Position numbers and translations under genes: made by a program. Below, piece by piece: positions 1 to 10,799 of a stretch of DNA of 64,000 nt. The stretch covers positions 457,064,001 through 457,128,000 of the forward strand of contig NC_091286.1 of NCBI RefSeq assembly GCF_032444005.1. The letters run 5' to 3'. Numbering within the stretch: position 1 is the stretch's first letter; each line of letters begins with the position of its first letter. The notes below the pieces were generated by a model. The model did no database searches and was not told where the DNA came from. It saw only the letters and a program-made list of their open reading frames with translations. The DNA comes from Ranitomeya imitator (taxonomy: Eukaryota).

Positions 1-227
1 CAGCTGTGTGCGCTATCCGCTGTTTGTGCTACCCACTGTGTGCCATCTGTGTGTGCCAGCTGTGTGCGGTATCCTGTTTGTGCTATCCTCTGTTTGTGCT
101 ACTCGCTGTGTGCCATCTGTGTGTGCCAGCTGTGTGCGGTATCCTGTTTGTGCTATCCTCTGTTTGTGCTACTCGCTGTGTGCCATCTGTGTGTGCCATC
201 ACTGTGTGCCATCACTGTGTGCTAGTT

Positions 228-1374
228 ATTATTTCATATATTTCAAAACCAGGCCTATTCAATTGACTCTTCCCATAATCATAAGCAAAAACCAAAAAAG
301 AAAATGTAGGAAGCAGATGTCAAAAATATCAAAATATATTTATTACATAAATGTACAAAAAGAAAAAGAAAAAAGTTCATACATATATAACCTAAATCAT
401 AATAAACAATACATACTGTCCTCAGCAAGATACACATGCAATATAGGACTGTGCGCATACGGCCATGCAAGGCACCCTTACTATGTCTCCAAAAACAGTC
501 TCGAAGAAAGCACAGAAAAAATCAGAAACTGATAACTCACTCTGGATATACATGACAATGGGTCATATGTAATGGGCAAAATGAGACTAAGTGTCCAGAA
601 AATGCCATAAAGTCTGCCAAAAAAGTAATTTAGTAAAGAGACCCATATACCGTCGTGACAGCTATCCTAATAAGGTGCAAACAGTGCTTAGTATAGCAGC
701 CATCACTAATACCATCTGCCAGAGCCTGCCTGTGCTAGAAGGGCAAATACCCACATACGCACGCACGTTTCGCGTATAGCTTCTTCCGGGGGAGTGTGAC
801 ACTCCCCCGGAAGAAGCTATACGCGAAACGTGCGTTGGGGCACACAGGACTGCACGTACAGGTCATGTATCACATCCTTCTCTCCTTCTGATATGCTATA
901 TGTTATGTGGGTATTTGCCCTTCTAGCACAGGCAGGCTCTGGCAGATGGTATTAGTGATGGCTGCTATACTAAGCACTGTTTGCACCTTATTAGGATAGC
1001 TGTCACGATTGTATATGGGTCTCTTTACTAAATTACTTTTTTGGCAGACTTTATGGCATTTTCTGGACACTTAGTCTCATTTTGCCCATTACATATGACC
1101 CATTGTCATGTATATCCAGAGTGAGTTATCAGTTTCTGATTTTTTCTGTGCTTTCTTCGAGACTGTTTTTGGAGACATAGTAAGGGTGCCTTGCATGGCC
1201 GTATGCGCACAGTCCTATATTGCATGTGTATCTTGCTGAGGACAGTATGTATTGTTTATTATGATTTAGGTTATATATGTATGAACTTTTTTCTTTTTCT
1301 TTTTGTACATTTATGTAATAAATATATTTTGATATTTTTGACATCTGCTTCCTACATTTTCTTTTTTGGTTTTT
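228..1374. mobile_element. Penelope-like element pLTR foldback (PLE-1), non-coding
   Basis: Inverted arms 287-797 and 799-1374 around a 1-nt loop; 14-bp TSD actgtgtgctagtt at 214-227 and 1375-1388; 59-nt tail 228-286; hammerhead-like motif at the centre. No coding sequence, so the PLE assignment rests on architecture. Confidence 0.75.
804..840 (+). ncRNA. Degenerate minimal type I hammerhead-like motif
   Basis: cccc-CGGAAGA-a-GC-tatac-GC-GAAAC-gtgc-GTT-gggg; U4 of the core is replaced by G. Confidence 0.45.
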
Positions 1375-2011
1375 ACTGTGTGCTAGTTGTTTGTGATATC
1401 CGCTGTTTGTGCTATCCGCTGTTTGTGCTACCCACAGTGTGCCATCTGTGTGTGCCAGCTGTGTGCGGTATCCGCTGTGTGCGCTATCCGCTGTTTGTGC
1501 TTTCCGCTGTGTGCCATCTGTGTGTGCCATCTGTGTGTGCCATCTGTGTGTGCCATCTGTGTGTGCCAGCTGTGTGTGCTATCTGCTGTTTGTGCTATCT
1601 GCTGATTGTGCTATCCGCTGTGTGCCATCTGTGTGCGCTATCCGCTGTTTGTGCTATCCGCTGTTTGTGCTATCCGCTGTTTGTGCTATCCGCTGTTTGT
1701 GCCATCCGTGTGTGCCATCTCTGTGTGCCATCTCTGTGTGCCATCTGTTTGTGCTATCCGCTGTTTGTGCTATCCGCTGTTTGTGCTATCCGCTGTTTGT
1801 GCTATCCGCTGTTTGTGCCATCTGTGTGTGCTATCTGCTGTGTGCCATCTGTGTGTGTCATCACTGTGTGCCAGCTATGTGTGCTATCCGCTGTGTGCCA
1901 TCTGTGTGTGCCATCACTGTGTGCCAGCTGTGTGTGCTATCCGCTGTGTGCCATCTGTGTGTGCCAGCTATGTGTGCTATCAGCTGTGTGCCATCTCTGT
2001 GTACCAGCTCT

Positions 2012-2135
2012 GAACTTGTTATCAGTATAAAAGACACCTGTCTGTCCTTAACCTCAAACAGTCACACTCCAAACTCCACTATGGTGAAGACCAAAGAGCT
2101 GTTGAAGGACACCAGAAACAAAATTATAGCCCTGC
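2012..2135 (+). mobile_element. Tc1 transposon 5' fragment
   Basis: tataaaagacacctgtc followed by ATG VKTKELLKDTRNKIIAL, a Tc1 transposase N-terminus. Confidence 0.65.
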
Positions 2136-2709
2136 CCCCATTTTGATCCAACACTCGGATCGATATCGGACCTATTTTGGTGATTTTGCCCTGATCACTC
2201 AGACTTCAAAACGACATGGACACGTGAATAACCCCATAGACTGTCATAAGTACGAGCCCTTCCCCCCTTTTTTCTGTGGGGTGTTTATTTTTTTTCCTGT
2301 ATAACATTGACCAATCATAAGCGACATACAGGAAAAACAAGGCTCCCAGGGAACGTCAGACCTGTCTATCACTGTGTCGGGGCGCTTTGACTCTGCGTTC
2401 TGGCAATCGTTCATTGGTCCCCATAGAGCTGAAGTCTGACCCCCCGCGGGCGAACGTGCATCATCTTCGGGCGTGTACGCCTATTGGAGACGGACACCCA
2501 GGTACAGTCTACTACGGGGGGTTCAGACATAAGCCCCGGTGGGGCCACCACATGGGCGCCAGAACGCAGTGTGACATGAACTGACGCAGCTCTTTCACAG
2601 TAGGCGTCAGCAGTGTGACCTGCAGAGGAGAGCAGAGCTGGGTGTCGTTCCGTGTCAGACCATAGCACACTGAGGAAGCCGGTTCTTCTCTTCTTTTTAT
2701 GTGGCCAAT

Positions 2710-3720
2710 TTTATTATTATTATTATTATTATTTATTTATATAGCACCATTGATTCCATGGTGCTGTACATGAGAAGGGGTTACATACAAGTTACAAATA
2801 TCACATACAGTAAACAAACTAACAATGACGGACTGATACAGAGGGGCGAGGACCCTGCCCTTGTGGGCTTACATTCTACAGGATTATGGGGAAGGAGACA
2901 GTAGGTTGAGGGTTGCAGGAGCTCCGGTGTTGGTGAGACGGTAGCTCCGGTGTTGGTGAGGCGGTAGCTCCGGTGTTGGTGAGGCGGTAGCTCCGGTGTT
3001 GGTGAGGCGGTAGCTTCGATAGTGATGAGGCAGCAGCGGTGTCAGTGCAGGCTGTAGGCTTTCCTGAAGAGATGAGTTTTCAGGTTCCGTCTGAAGGATC
3101 CGACTGTGGTTGATAGTCGGACGTGTTGGGGCAGAGAGTTCCAGAGGATGGGGGATATTCGGGAGAAGTCTTGGAGGCGATTGGATGAGGAGCGAATAAG
3201 TGTGGAGGAGAGAAGGAGGTCTTGGGAGGACCGGAGATCACGTGAGGGAAGATATCGAGAGATTAGTTCAGAGATATATGGAGGAGACAGGTTGTGGATG
3301 GCTTTGTAGGTCAGTATTAGCAATTTGAACTGGATACGCTGAGGGAATGGGAGCCAGTGAAGAGATTTGCAGAGGGGGGAAGCGGAGGAGTAGCGAGGAG
3401 AGAGATGGATTAGTCGGGCAGCAGAGTTAAGGATGGACTGGAGAGGTGCAAGGGTGTTAGCAGGGAGGCCACAGAAAAGGATGTTGCAGTAGTCAAGGTG
3501 GGAAATGATGAGGGCGTGCACAAGCATTTTAGTAGATTGGGGGTTGAGGAAAGGACGGATCCTGGAGATATTTTTGAGCTGGAGGCGACAGGAGGTGGAA
3601 AGAGCTTGGATGTGTGGTTTGAAGGACAGGGCAGAGTCGAAGGTTACTCCGAGGCAGCGGACTTCGGGTACAGGGGAAAGCATGATGTCATTCACTGCGA
3701 TAGATAGGTCAGGTAAGGAA
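2710..3720 (-). mobile_element. L2-clade LINE, 5'-truncated 3' end
   Basis: ORF 3042-3695 (LGVTFDSALSFKPHI...LIISHLDYCN...KSLHWLP) is the L2 RT C-terminus; (TAA)n/ataaataaa tail at 2710-2745; 23-bp tandem repeat at about 2920-3015 in the 3'UTR. Confidence 0.88.
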
Positions 3721-3738
3721 GATTTGTGGGATATTTAA

Positions 3739-4168
3739 AAGGAACCTGTCACCACAGAAAATGCCTGCAGATATAGGGTTAATCTACAGGTCAATAGCAT
3801 GACAATGCTGCTGGGCTACCTTACTGAAAGTGCGGCTACTGGGTGAAAATGAACTTAGTTATTGGGAGAGGCACGGAGCGTCCGCTGACTATACTGATCA
3901 GCGACTGTAAGCACGCCCCGGCACTTTGATTGATAGCCGGCTCTGACAAACATCTGTGCAGAGACAGCTGTCAGTGAGACTACCAGGGCGTGCTTACAGC
4001 CGCTGCTCACAGTCAGTGGTGACTGTAATTAGTCAGTCCACAGCCCCCATGACTGAACGCTGGCAGTTAATTCTCTCCCTGTAGCCGCCCTTTAAATGCT
4101 ATTTACCCAGAGATTAACCCTATATGTCTGCAGGTAAATAACATTTTCCAAGGTGGTAGGTTCAGTTT
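3739..4168. mobile_element. T2/Kolobok-type MITE, degenerate
   Basis: ttaaaaggaacctgtcacc ... ggtggtaggttcagttta termini; internal inverted cctgcagatatagggttaatct / agattaaccctatatgtctgcagg. Confidence 0.6.
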
Positions 4169-4663
4169 ATCGTGTTAAAACTGGTGAAAGGTATCCTTTA
4201 CAGGCTGCAGCGGTTACATCTTACAGTGCAAGTGACCGCTTCAGGCAATACTGGACTCGGCAGTCTCGTTCCAACTACATCGGCATCACTGCTGAGCCTA
4301 GTGATTGGCTGCAGTGGTCATGTATTGTAGTTGTGATGTATCCGCTCATTTGGTTATTTTTCCATAGGGTTAGTCTAGTGAGTCCAGAAAGTTATTCTTT
4401 GAAACACCCTTTAAGATATTGTGGAGCTGGATCACACAAGCCAAGACGTCACACTTAAGGCATCTTAAGAGGGTAATAAATAATAAAGACATTCTTTCTC
4501 TTTCTTTACCTGTAAGAGTCAATCTGAATATTGCAAAATGTCCAACAAATAACTTTGCGCAGAATGTGTGAGCCAGGCCTGAGGTTCCTAACCACCATAC
4601 TAACACGCAGCAGTGTCCCTCTTTTCCTCCCTGCTGGCGACAATAATATCATATTTCTTTTAG

Positions 4664-4783
4664 TTACAAAGAAAACAAAAGGAGAAGATGAATTTGTCAA
4701 ACCTGATAAAAGAAATGGAAGATCGAATTCAGGCAATGGCTGACCACCTTAAGAACGTCCGACAAGAGCTGAGCTACACACAG
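4664..4783 (+). CDS. CCDC39: CCDC39 coding exon (equivalent to human exon 2), 120 bp
   Basis: Reads [40 protein letters not shown], similar to the recalled human EERINSMTSHFKNVKQELSITQ; tttag acceptor and gtaatg donor. Confidence 0.92.
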
Positions 4784-4881
4784 GTAATGGAGTATGGCAC
4801 ATTCTGCAAATAAATGGGTCTTAAGAGTATTCCCGTATTGTAATATGATAAAATGTTGCCATGATAATCCACATGATTTTG

Positions 4882-5225
4882 ATTGGTGGGTCCTGAGAAT
4901 GACGAGACCAATCCTACATTCTAAAAATTAGTGGGTGGGTCCGGCAGGAAGACCGCCATTAAACCTGGTTGGTGGGTCCTGAAATGACGAGACCAAAACT
5001 ACATTCTAAAAATTAGTGGGTGGGTCCGGCAGGAAGACCGCCATTAAACCTGGTTGGTGGGTCCTGAAATGACGAGACCAATCCTACATTCTAAAAATCA
5101 GTGGGTGAGCCCGGCAGGAAGACCGCCATTAAACCTGGTTGGTGGGTCCTGAGAATGACGAGACCAATCCTACATTCTAAAAATCAGTGGGTGGGCCCGG
5201 CAGGAAGACCGCCATTAAACCTGGG
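4882..5225. repeat. Tandem repeat, about 85-bp unit, 4 copies
   Basis: gtgggtcctgagaatgacgagacc...gaccgccattaaacctggtt recurs at 4886, 4972, 5057 and 5142. Confidence 0.9.
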
Positions 5226-6822
5226 ATATGCCATCACTTTAAGGGCTCGATCACGCGAGTGTAGAAATTGGACAAGTGCAATCCGATAAAAAAAGTCTTG
5301 CATTTGGACCAATGTTATTCAGTGGGGCAGTGCAGTTCTCAGCTGTTGTCGGTGTGAGGAAAAATTTTCCGGTCTACAAGTCGCCGGTATGCGATTGACT
5401 CCGAAATCGGTTCAATGGGAGAAAAAGAATCACATTTTTATGAATACATTGCAGTTCTGTAAGACGGGAAAATATTAATGGTTAAATGATTAGTAGCTGC
5501 TGAATAAAAAAAACAGACTGCACAAGGGTGATCATTAAGAAAAAATCGGCCCACTTGGTGAGTATGGGACTGTTTTTTTTGCTACCCTTGTGTGACCCCA
5601 GCCTTATGGTAGGAAGGACCCTTCGAAGTGTGTCATCTGTGGGGTCCTGTATGACTGTAGTACACAATGGGATGTGTGATGAGGGGGCATATTTGCTGCA
5701 AAGTCTGTTTTTCATTTGATACAATGACATATACTTCTTAAGGCACGTTCACACGTTCAGTATCTGGTCAGTAATTTACCTCAGTATTTATAACCCTAAA
5801 CCAGGAGTGGGTGATAAATGCAGAAGTGGTGACGTGTCTGTATTATACTTTTCTCTTCGCCACGACAGCACCCACTTGAGAGAGGGGATCCGCCCCTAGG
5901 AACAGGAAATCCTATGGAGAGAATAAAAGGGGCGGTTCCCCTCGCTCCCACAGTTGGTTTCCTGTTCCTACGGGAGACCTGGAGAGAAGAGGATTCCCAG
6001 CCTGGACGCCGCTTGCGCGGTTTACCTGGATAGGGACGGCAAGGGCTCCAGAGCTGGAAGCAGCGTCGGGGGTCCTGTCTCAGCTTCCCCCCTCTGCTGG
6101 CAGGTACCGTGAGGCCAGGATCGGGGAGGCGCCTGGCTCACGGAGAAGCATCCAGCAGACCTGCAGGCCGGACCACTGGGGTAAGATCCTGTGACGCCAG
6201 CCTCGGGTGGCGCACAGGCAGCGTGTGGCCCAGTAATTTCTCCCCCGGAAGTATTACTACAACTTCCGGGGTGATGGAGGAGGAGGATGGCGCCTGCGCG
6301 ATCGCTGGATAGAAGCGCAGGCGCGCACAGCAGAGCCGCAACCCGGATGTTGTACTCACTTCCGGGTGCGGCAGGAAGAAGATGGCGGCCCCCATAACAA
6401 AAGGACGCCGGCGCTGATTCCCGGCGTCCATCATGGCATCTCCTCAAGAGACAACGTTGCCTTCTTCAGAAGTTAACGCTGTTACGCCAGGAAGCCGGAC
6501 TAGCAGCCGCAGATCATCCTCCAAGAGCGCCAGGGAAAAGAGATCGGACCGGTCGGTTCCTCCATCTGTGCCTCCGTCTCCTCCTCTCCAGCTGGTATTA
6601 TGACAGCTTCAGGGGTGAGTGTGTGTCTACCCTATTTTAAGCTGATTATACTCCCTCTTTCATCTAATTCCCTAGGTTAAAAGAACAGGGAAATCCAAAC
6701 ATAAGCAATGTGCCTTATGCTCTCAGCCACTCCCAGATACCTATTTTAAAAAGTTATGCCAGTCTTGCATCGAAGCCACCTTATGAGAGGAGTCTTCAGT
6801 AAGGTCGGATGATATACGTAGC

Positions 6823-7899
6823 ATGATAAGAGAGGAGTTACGAGCCTTTCGAAATTCGGATAAAATTCCTGGAAGTAGGAAGAAATACAGCTCTCCTATA
6901 TCTGAACAGTCATCTGAGGTTGAGGATAAGGAGTCGGACAGTTCCCAAGAGGTTATATCCTCGGAGGGTGAACAGGATACATGTTTTCCTACAGACAGCA
7001 TTGACAATTTAGTCAGATCAGTACGTAACACCATGGGTATGGAAGATACTAAGACCCTTAAAACACCACAGGACATGATGTTTGCTGGCCTGTCCGAGAA
7101 AAAGAGACCTTCCTTTCCTATTATTCCAGCAATAAAGGAGTTAGTCAAAAAAGAGTGGGAAAGCCAGGGGCAAAGAGGGTTGCCGTCTTCCTCAAAACGT
7201 CGCTATCCCTTTAATGACGAGGATTTCTCCAAATGGGCAAAAGCCCCAAAAGTAGATGCGTCAGTGGCATCCACTTCTAAGAAATCTTTATTGCTTGTTG
7301 AAGATTCAGGATCCTTGCAAGACCCGCTCGATCGGAAAGCAGACTCCCTTTTAAAAAGAGCTTGGGAATCCTGTACAGGAGCTTTTAGACCAGCTCTCTC
7401 GGCCACATGTACCGCTAGATCCATGATGGTTTGGTTGAATGATCTGGAAGAAGGCTTAAAAGGTGGCCTTTCCCGCAATAAACTCATGTCATCTATTCCG
7501 TTAATTAGAGGAGCTACTGCCTTTTTGGCAGATTCTTCAGCTGATTCCATCCGATTAGCAGCCAAATCATCAGGTCTAACCAACGCGGCTCGCCGCGCCT
7601 TGTGGCTAAAGGGGTGGAAAGGAGATCCACAAACAAAATCCAAGTTATGTGGTCTGCCCTCCCAGGGTGAGTACCTATTTGGTACTCAGTTAGATGAGAT
7701 CATTACCAAAGCGGGTGAGAGGAAGAAAGGGTTCCCCAATAACACTTATCTTCCATCTTATAGGAGAGCGTTCCGAAAGCCCATGTTCAACAGAAGACGG
7801 GACTATAAAAACCAGGACCGTTGGGCTAATAAGGACTTTAAGCAAAAAGGAGCCTTCTTCGGAAAACGCCCTTTCAAACCTGAGGATAAACCCCGTTAG
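6823..7899 (+). CDS. DIRS ORF1 (gag-like), probably extending 5' to 6676 or 6433
   Basis: 358-aa ORF upstream of and overlapping pol; WAKAPKVDASVA and DPLDRKAD motifs typical of vertebrate DIRS ORF1. Confidence 0.8.
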   Translation: MIREELRAFRNSDKIPGSRKKYSSPISEQSSEVEDKESDSSQEVISSEGEQDTCFPTDSIDNLVRSVRNTMGMEDTKTLKTPQDMMFAGLSEKKRPSFPIIPAIKELVKKEWESQGQRGLPSSSKRRYPFNDEDFSKWAKAPKVDASVASTSKKSLLLVEDSGSLQDPLDRKADSLLKRAWESCTGAFRPALSATCTARSMMVWLNDLEEGLKGGLSRNKLMSSIPLIRGATAFLADSSADSIRLAAKSSGLTNAARRALWLKGWKGDPQTKSKLCGLPSQGEYLFGTQLDEIITKAGERKKGFPNNTYLPSYRRAFRKPMFNRRRDYKNQDRWANKDFKQKGAFFGKRPFKPEDKPR

Positions 7900-9793
7900 G
7901 ACAGATCTACCCGTTGGTGGTAGGTTGTCCTTCTTCTCCACACAATGGCTGGCAATAACCTCTAATTCATGGGCAACTAGCCTTATAACTACAGGCCTAA
8001 AATTAAAATTTTCTCAAGTTCCCCCGGACTCGTTTTGTTTGACTTCCTTAGGTTCACCATCACAACAAGAGGCCTTGGAACAGGAAATAATAATTCTCCT
8101 GTCCAAAGGAGTATTAGTGGAAGTCCCTTTTCATCAAAAAGGAAGGGGATTTTATTCCCCTTTATTTTTGATTTCAAAACCCGACGGATCATATAGAACA
8201 ATAATTAACCTCAAGAGACTAAACGTCTTCTTAGAGAACCAAACTTTTAAAATGGAATCCATTCGGTCAACTGTTAAGCTTCTGTTTCCCCATTGCTTCA
8301 TGGCAGTTCTTGACCTTAAAGATGCATACTATCATCTTCCAATCTTCAGAGAGCATCAACAATATCTACGGGTGGCAGTTATGGTCAAAGGTCAGATACG
8401 GCATTATCAATACACATCAATGCCCTTTGGACTATCAATAGCCCCTAGAGTTTTCACAAAACTGATGTCAGAGGTAATGTCATATTTGAGGTTAAAAGAT
8501 ACCCTCATAATACCCTATTTAGATGACCTATTGATAGTCGGGAACTCTTTTTCTCAATGTCATCAACGCTTATCTGATTCAATTTCATCCCTACAGGGGT
8601 TAGGGTGGTTAGTAAATTGGGAAAAATCTAGATTGTCCCCCACAACTGAGCAAAAATTTTTAGGAATTATTCTAGACTCTACAAATCAAATGTGCTTTCT
8701 TCCCGAGTCAAAACAAATAGCAATCATAAACAAAGTACAATCAGTGATTAACCACCCCCTAATTTCCCTGAGAGAAGGTATGTCCCTTCTTGGTTCCTTC
8801 ACTTCTTGTATTCCAGCTGTTCCGTGGGCCCAATTCCATAGCAGGAAATTGCAGTATACAATACTTCGTGAGGAAGAAAGGTTACATGGCCGATTAGATA
8901 CTCGTATTTCCTTAACGACAGATGTGATACAATCTCTCACTTGGTGGTTAAATCCGAATCATTTTTCCAGTGGGGTCCCCTGGGTGGTTAAACCATCAAA
9001 AACTGTTTTCACTGACGCCAGTCCTAGTGGTTGGGGAGCACATTTAGAAAACCAAATAGTGCAAGGTCTGTGGTCTCCTAGAGAATCAGATGATTCTTCT
9101 AATAAAAAAGAGCTGAAGGCTGTTTATCATGCCTTATCTGAATTTCTTCCGCAGCTACACGGAACACATACAAGAGTCTTCTCAGACAACATGACAGCGG
9201 TAGCATATATAAACCACCAAGGAGGAACAAGATCGGAAGGACTCATGTCTATAGCCAACAATATTCTAGCCATGGCAGAGGAACACCTCCTGTCCCTATC
9301 AGCGCTACATGTGAGAGGAATCGACAATTCGAGAGCAGATTTCCTCAGTCGCCACACTCTCCACCAAGGAGAATGGGTTCTAAATCGTCGTATCTTTTGT
9401 ATGATAATAAAAAAGTGGGGCACTCCCGAGATAGATCTCTTTGCGACAAGACAAAACAGGCAAGTCAAAAAATTCGCATCATTGTTCCGATCTGACAATC
9501 CAGATATCTTCGACGCCCTACAAGTACCATGGGTATTCAAAAAGGCATATGCCTTTCCCCCGATGATACTACTTCCGACAGTGATCAGGAAGATAAGGGA
9601 GGACAGAGCAAACGTGATCTTAATAGCTCCGTTCTGGCCCAAGAGGCCATGGTTTTCTTGGCTGAGAGCTATGTCAATCTCAGACCCATGGATCCTCCCG
9701 GAGGATCGGGATCTTCTCTTCCAGGGCCCCTTCAACCACCCTCAGGTGAAGGGTCTACGGTTAACAGCCTGGAACTTGAGAGGCAGCTTCTAA
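7694..9793 (+). CDS. DIRS pol: reverse transcriptase, RNase H, methyltransferase-like domain
   Basis: LDLKDAYYH, MPFGLSIAPRVF, YLDDLL (RT); FTDASPSGWGAH, SDNMTAVAYINHQGG (RNase H); DLFAT...AFPP...LIAPFWP (MT-like). Confidence 0.95.
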   Translation: MRSLPKRVRGRKGSPITLIFHLIGERSESPCSTEDGTIKTRTVGLIRTLSKKEPSSENALSNLRINPVRTDLPVGGRLSFFSTQWLAITSNSWATSLITTGLKLKFSQVPPDSFCLTSLGSPSQQEALEQEIIILLSKGVLVEVPFHQKGRGFYSPLFLISKPDGSYRTIINLKRLNVFLENQTFKMESIRSTVKLLFPHCFMAVLDLKDAYYHLPIFREHQQYLRVAVMVKGQIRHYQYTSMPFGLSIAPRVFTKLMSEVMSYLRLKDTLIIPYLDDLLIVGNSFSQCHQRLSDSISSLQGLGWLVNWEKSRLSPTTEQKFLGIILDSTNQMCFLPESKQIAIINKVQSVINHPLISLREGMSLLGSFTSCIPAVPWAQFHSRKLQYTILREEERLHGRLDTRISLTTDVIQSLTWWLNPNHFSSGVPWVVKPSKTVFTDASPSGWGAHLENQIVQGLWSPRESDDSSNKKELKAVYHALSEFLPQLHGTHTRVFSDNMTAVAYINHQGGTRSEGLMSIANNILAMAEEHLLSLSALHVRGIDNSRADFLSRHTLHQGEWVLNRRIFCMIIKKWGTPEIDLFATRQNRQVKKFASLFRSDNPDIFDALQVPWVFKKAYAFPPMILLPTVIRKIREDRANVILIAPFWPKRPWFSWLRAMSISDPWILPEDRDLLFQGPFNHPQVKGLRLTAWNLRGSF

Positions 9794-10799
9794 AGATGAG
9801 AGGGTTCTCAAACAAAGTGATTGACACTCTGCTGCTAAGTAGGAAAAAGTCCACTACCTCCATCTATGCAAGAGTGTGGAAAAAATTTCTAAACCTCTAC
9901 CCAACGGCCCTGTCAAACGAAATTCATATTCCTATGATTCTAGAATTTCTTCAAAAAGGGCGCGACCTAGGTCTGGCGGTCAGTACCTTAAAAGTACACA
10001 TTTCTGCGCTGGGGCCTTTATATGGTCTTGATATCGCAGGTAATAAATGGGTAGCCAGATTTGTTGCAGCATGCCAGAGGTCAGAGACAGTTCGAATTCC
10101 CCATGTACCACCTTGGGATGTTAATTTAGTTCTCGAAGCTCTTACAGATCACCCTTTTGAGCCTCTACATTCAGCTCACATAAAACATGTCTCCCTCAAG
10201 ACAGCTCTTCTTGTTGCCTTAGTATCAGCGAGAAGAGTAAGTGACATACAGGCACTATCGATAGATCCTCCCTTTATGTCTATATTCCCAGATAGAGTTG
10301 TCCTTAAGACAGACCCTTCATACTTACCCAAAGTATGCACTAAATTTCACAGATCGCAAGAAATTTTCCTTCCCTCCTTCTATGATAACCCTACAAATCA
10401 GGAAGAACAAAGATACCACACATTAGATGTGAGGAGAGCCATATTAGCCTATTTGGATAGGACTTGTGCTTGGAGGAAGAGCAGGGCTCTCTTTGTTTCT
10501 TTCATAGAAAAGGAGCCGGAATCACGAAGGGTACTTTATCTCGGTGGATTCGAGATGCAATATGTCTGGCCTATTCATCCAAAGGGGAGAATCCGCCTGA
10601 GAACGTAAGAGCACATTCCACCCGGGCGATTGCATCATCCTGGGCTGAGCGAGCGGAGGTTCCGATAGAACAGATATGTAAGGCCGCAACCTGGTCTTCG
10701 CCTACTACCTTCTATAATCACTATAGATTAGATCTATCTGCTTCATCTGACTTGTCCTTCGGTAGATCAGTCCTTAACACGGTGATCCCTCCCAAATGA
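9529..10799 (+). pseudogene. DIRS tyrosine recombinase, frameshifted near 10500
   Basis: SARRVSDI in ORF 9529-10608; RAHSTRA and AATWSSPTTFYNHY lie in another frame (10464-10799). Confidence 0.9.

Larger units (their letters stand above)
1..2010. repeat. Simple-repeat satellite (units such as tgtgtgccatc and ctgtttgtgctatccg), interrupted by a PLE insertion at 228-1374
   Basis: Visible degenerate 10-18 bp tandem units at 1-227 and 1375-2010. Confidence 0.9.

Noticed and set aside
6-2146. Cys/Val-rich ORFs resembling keratin-associated or metallothionein proteins
   Set aside because: Open in several frames because they translate a TG-rich simple repeat; no splice or start context.
2290-2700. 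CpG-richer segment with CCAAT-like motifs as a possible CCDC39 promoter or exon 1
   Set aside because: No frame resembling the CCDC39 N-terminus was found anywhere in 1-4663; exon 1 is probably upstream of the window.
4882-5225. CRISPR-like array
   Set aside because: Whole units repeat with no unique spacers, there are no cas genes, and the context is eukaryotic.
9400-10799. Methyltransferase-like domain plus phage-like integrase as bacterial horizontal transfer or contamination
   Set aside because: Both are standard components of DIRS elements and lie within the ITR/ICR-bounded element.
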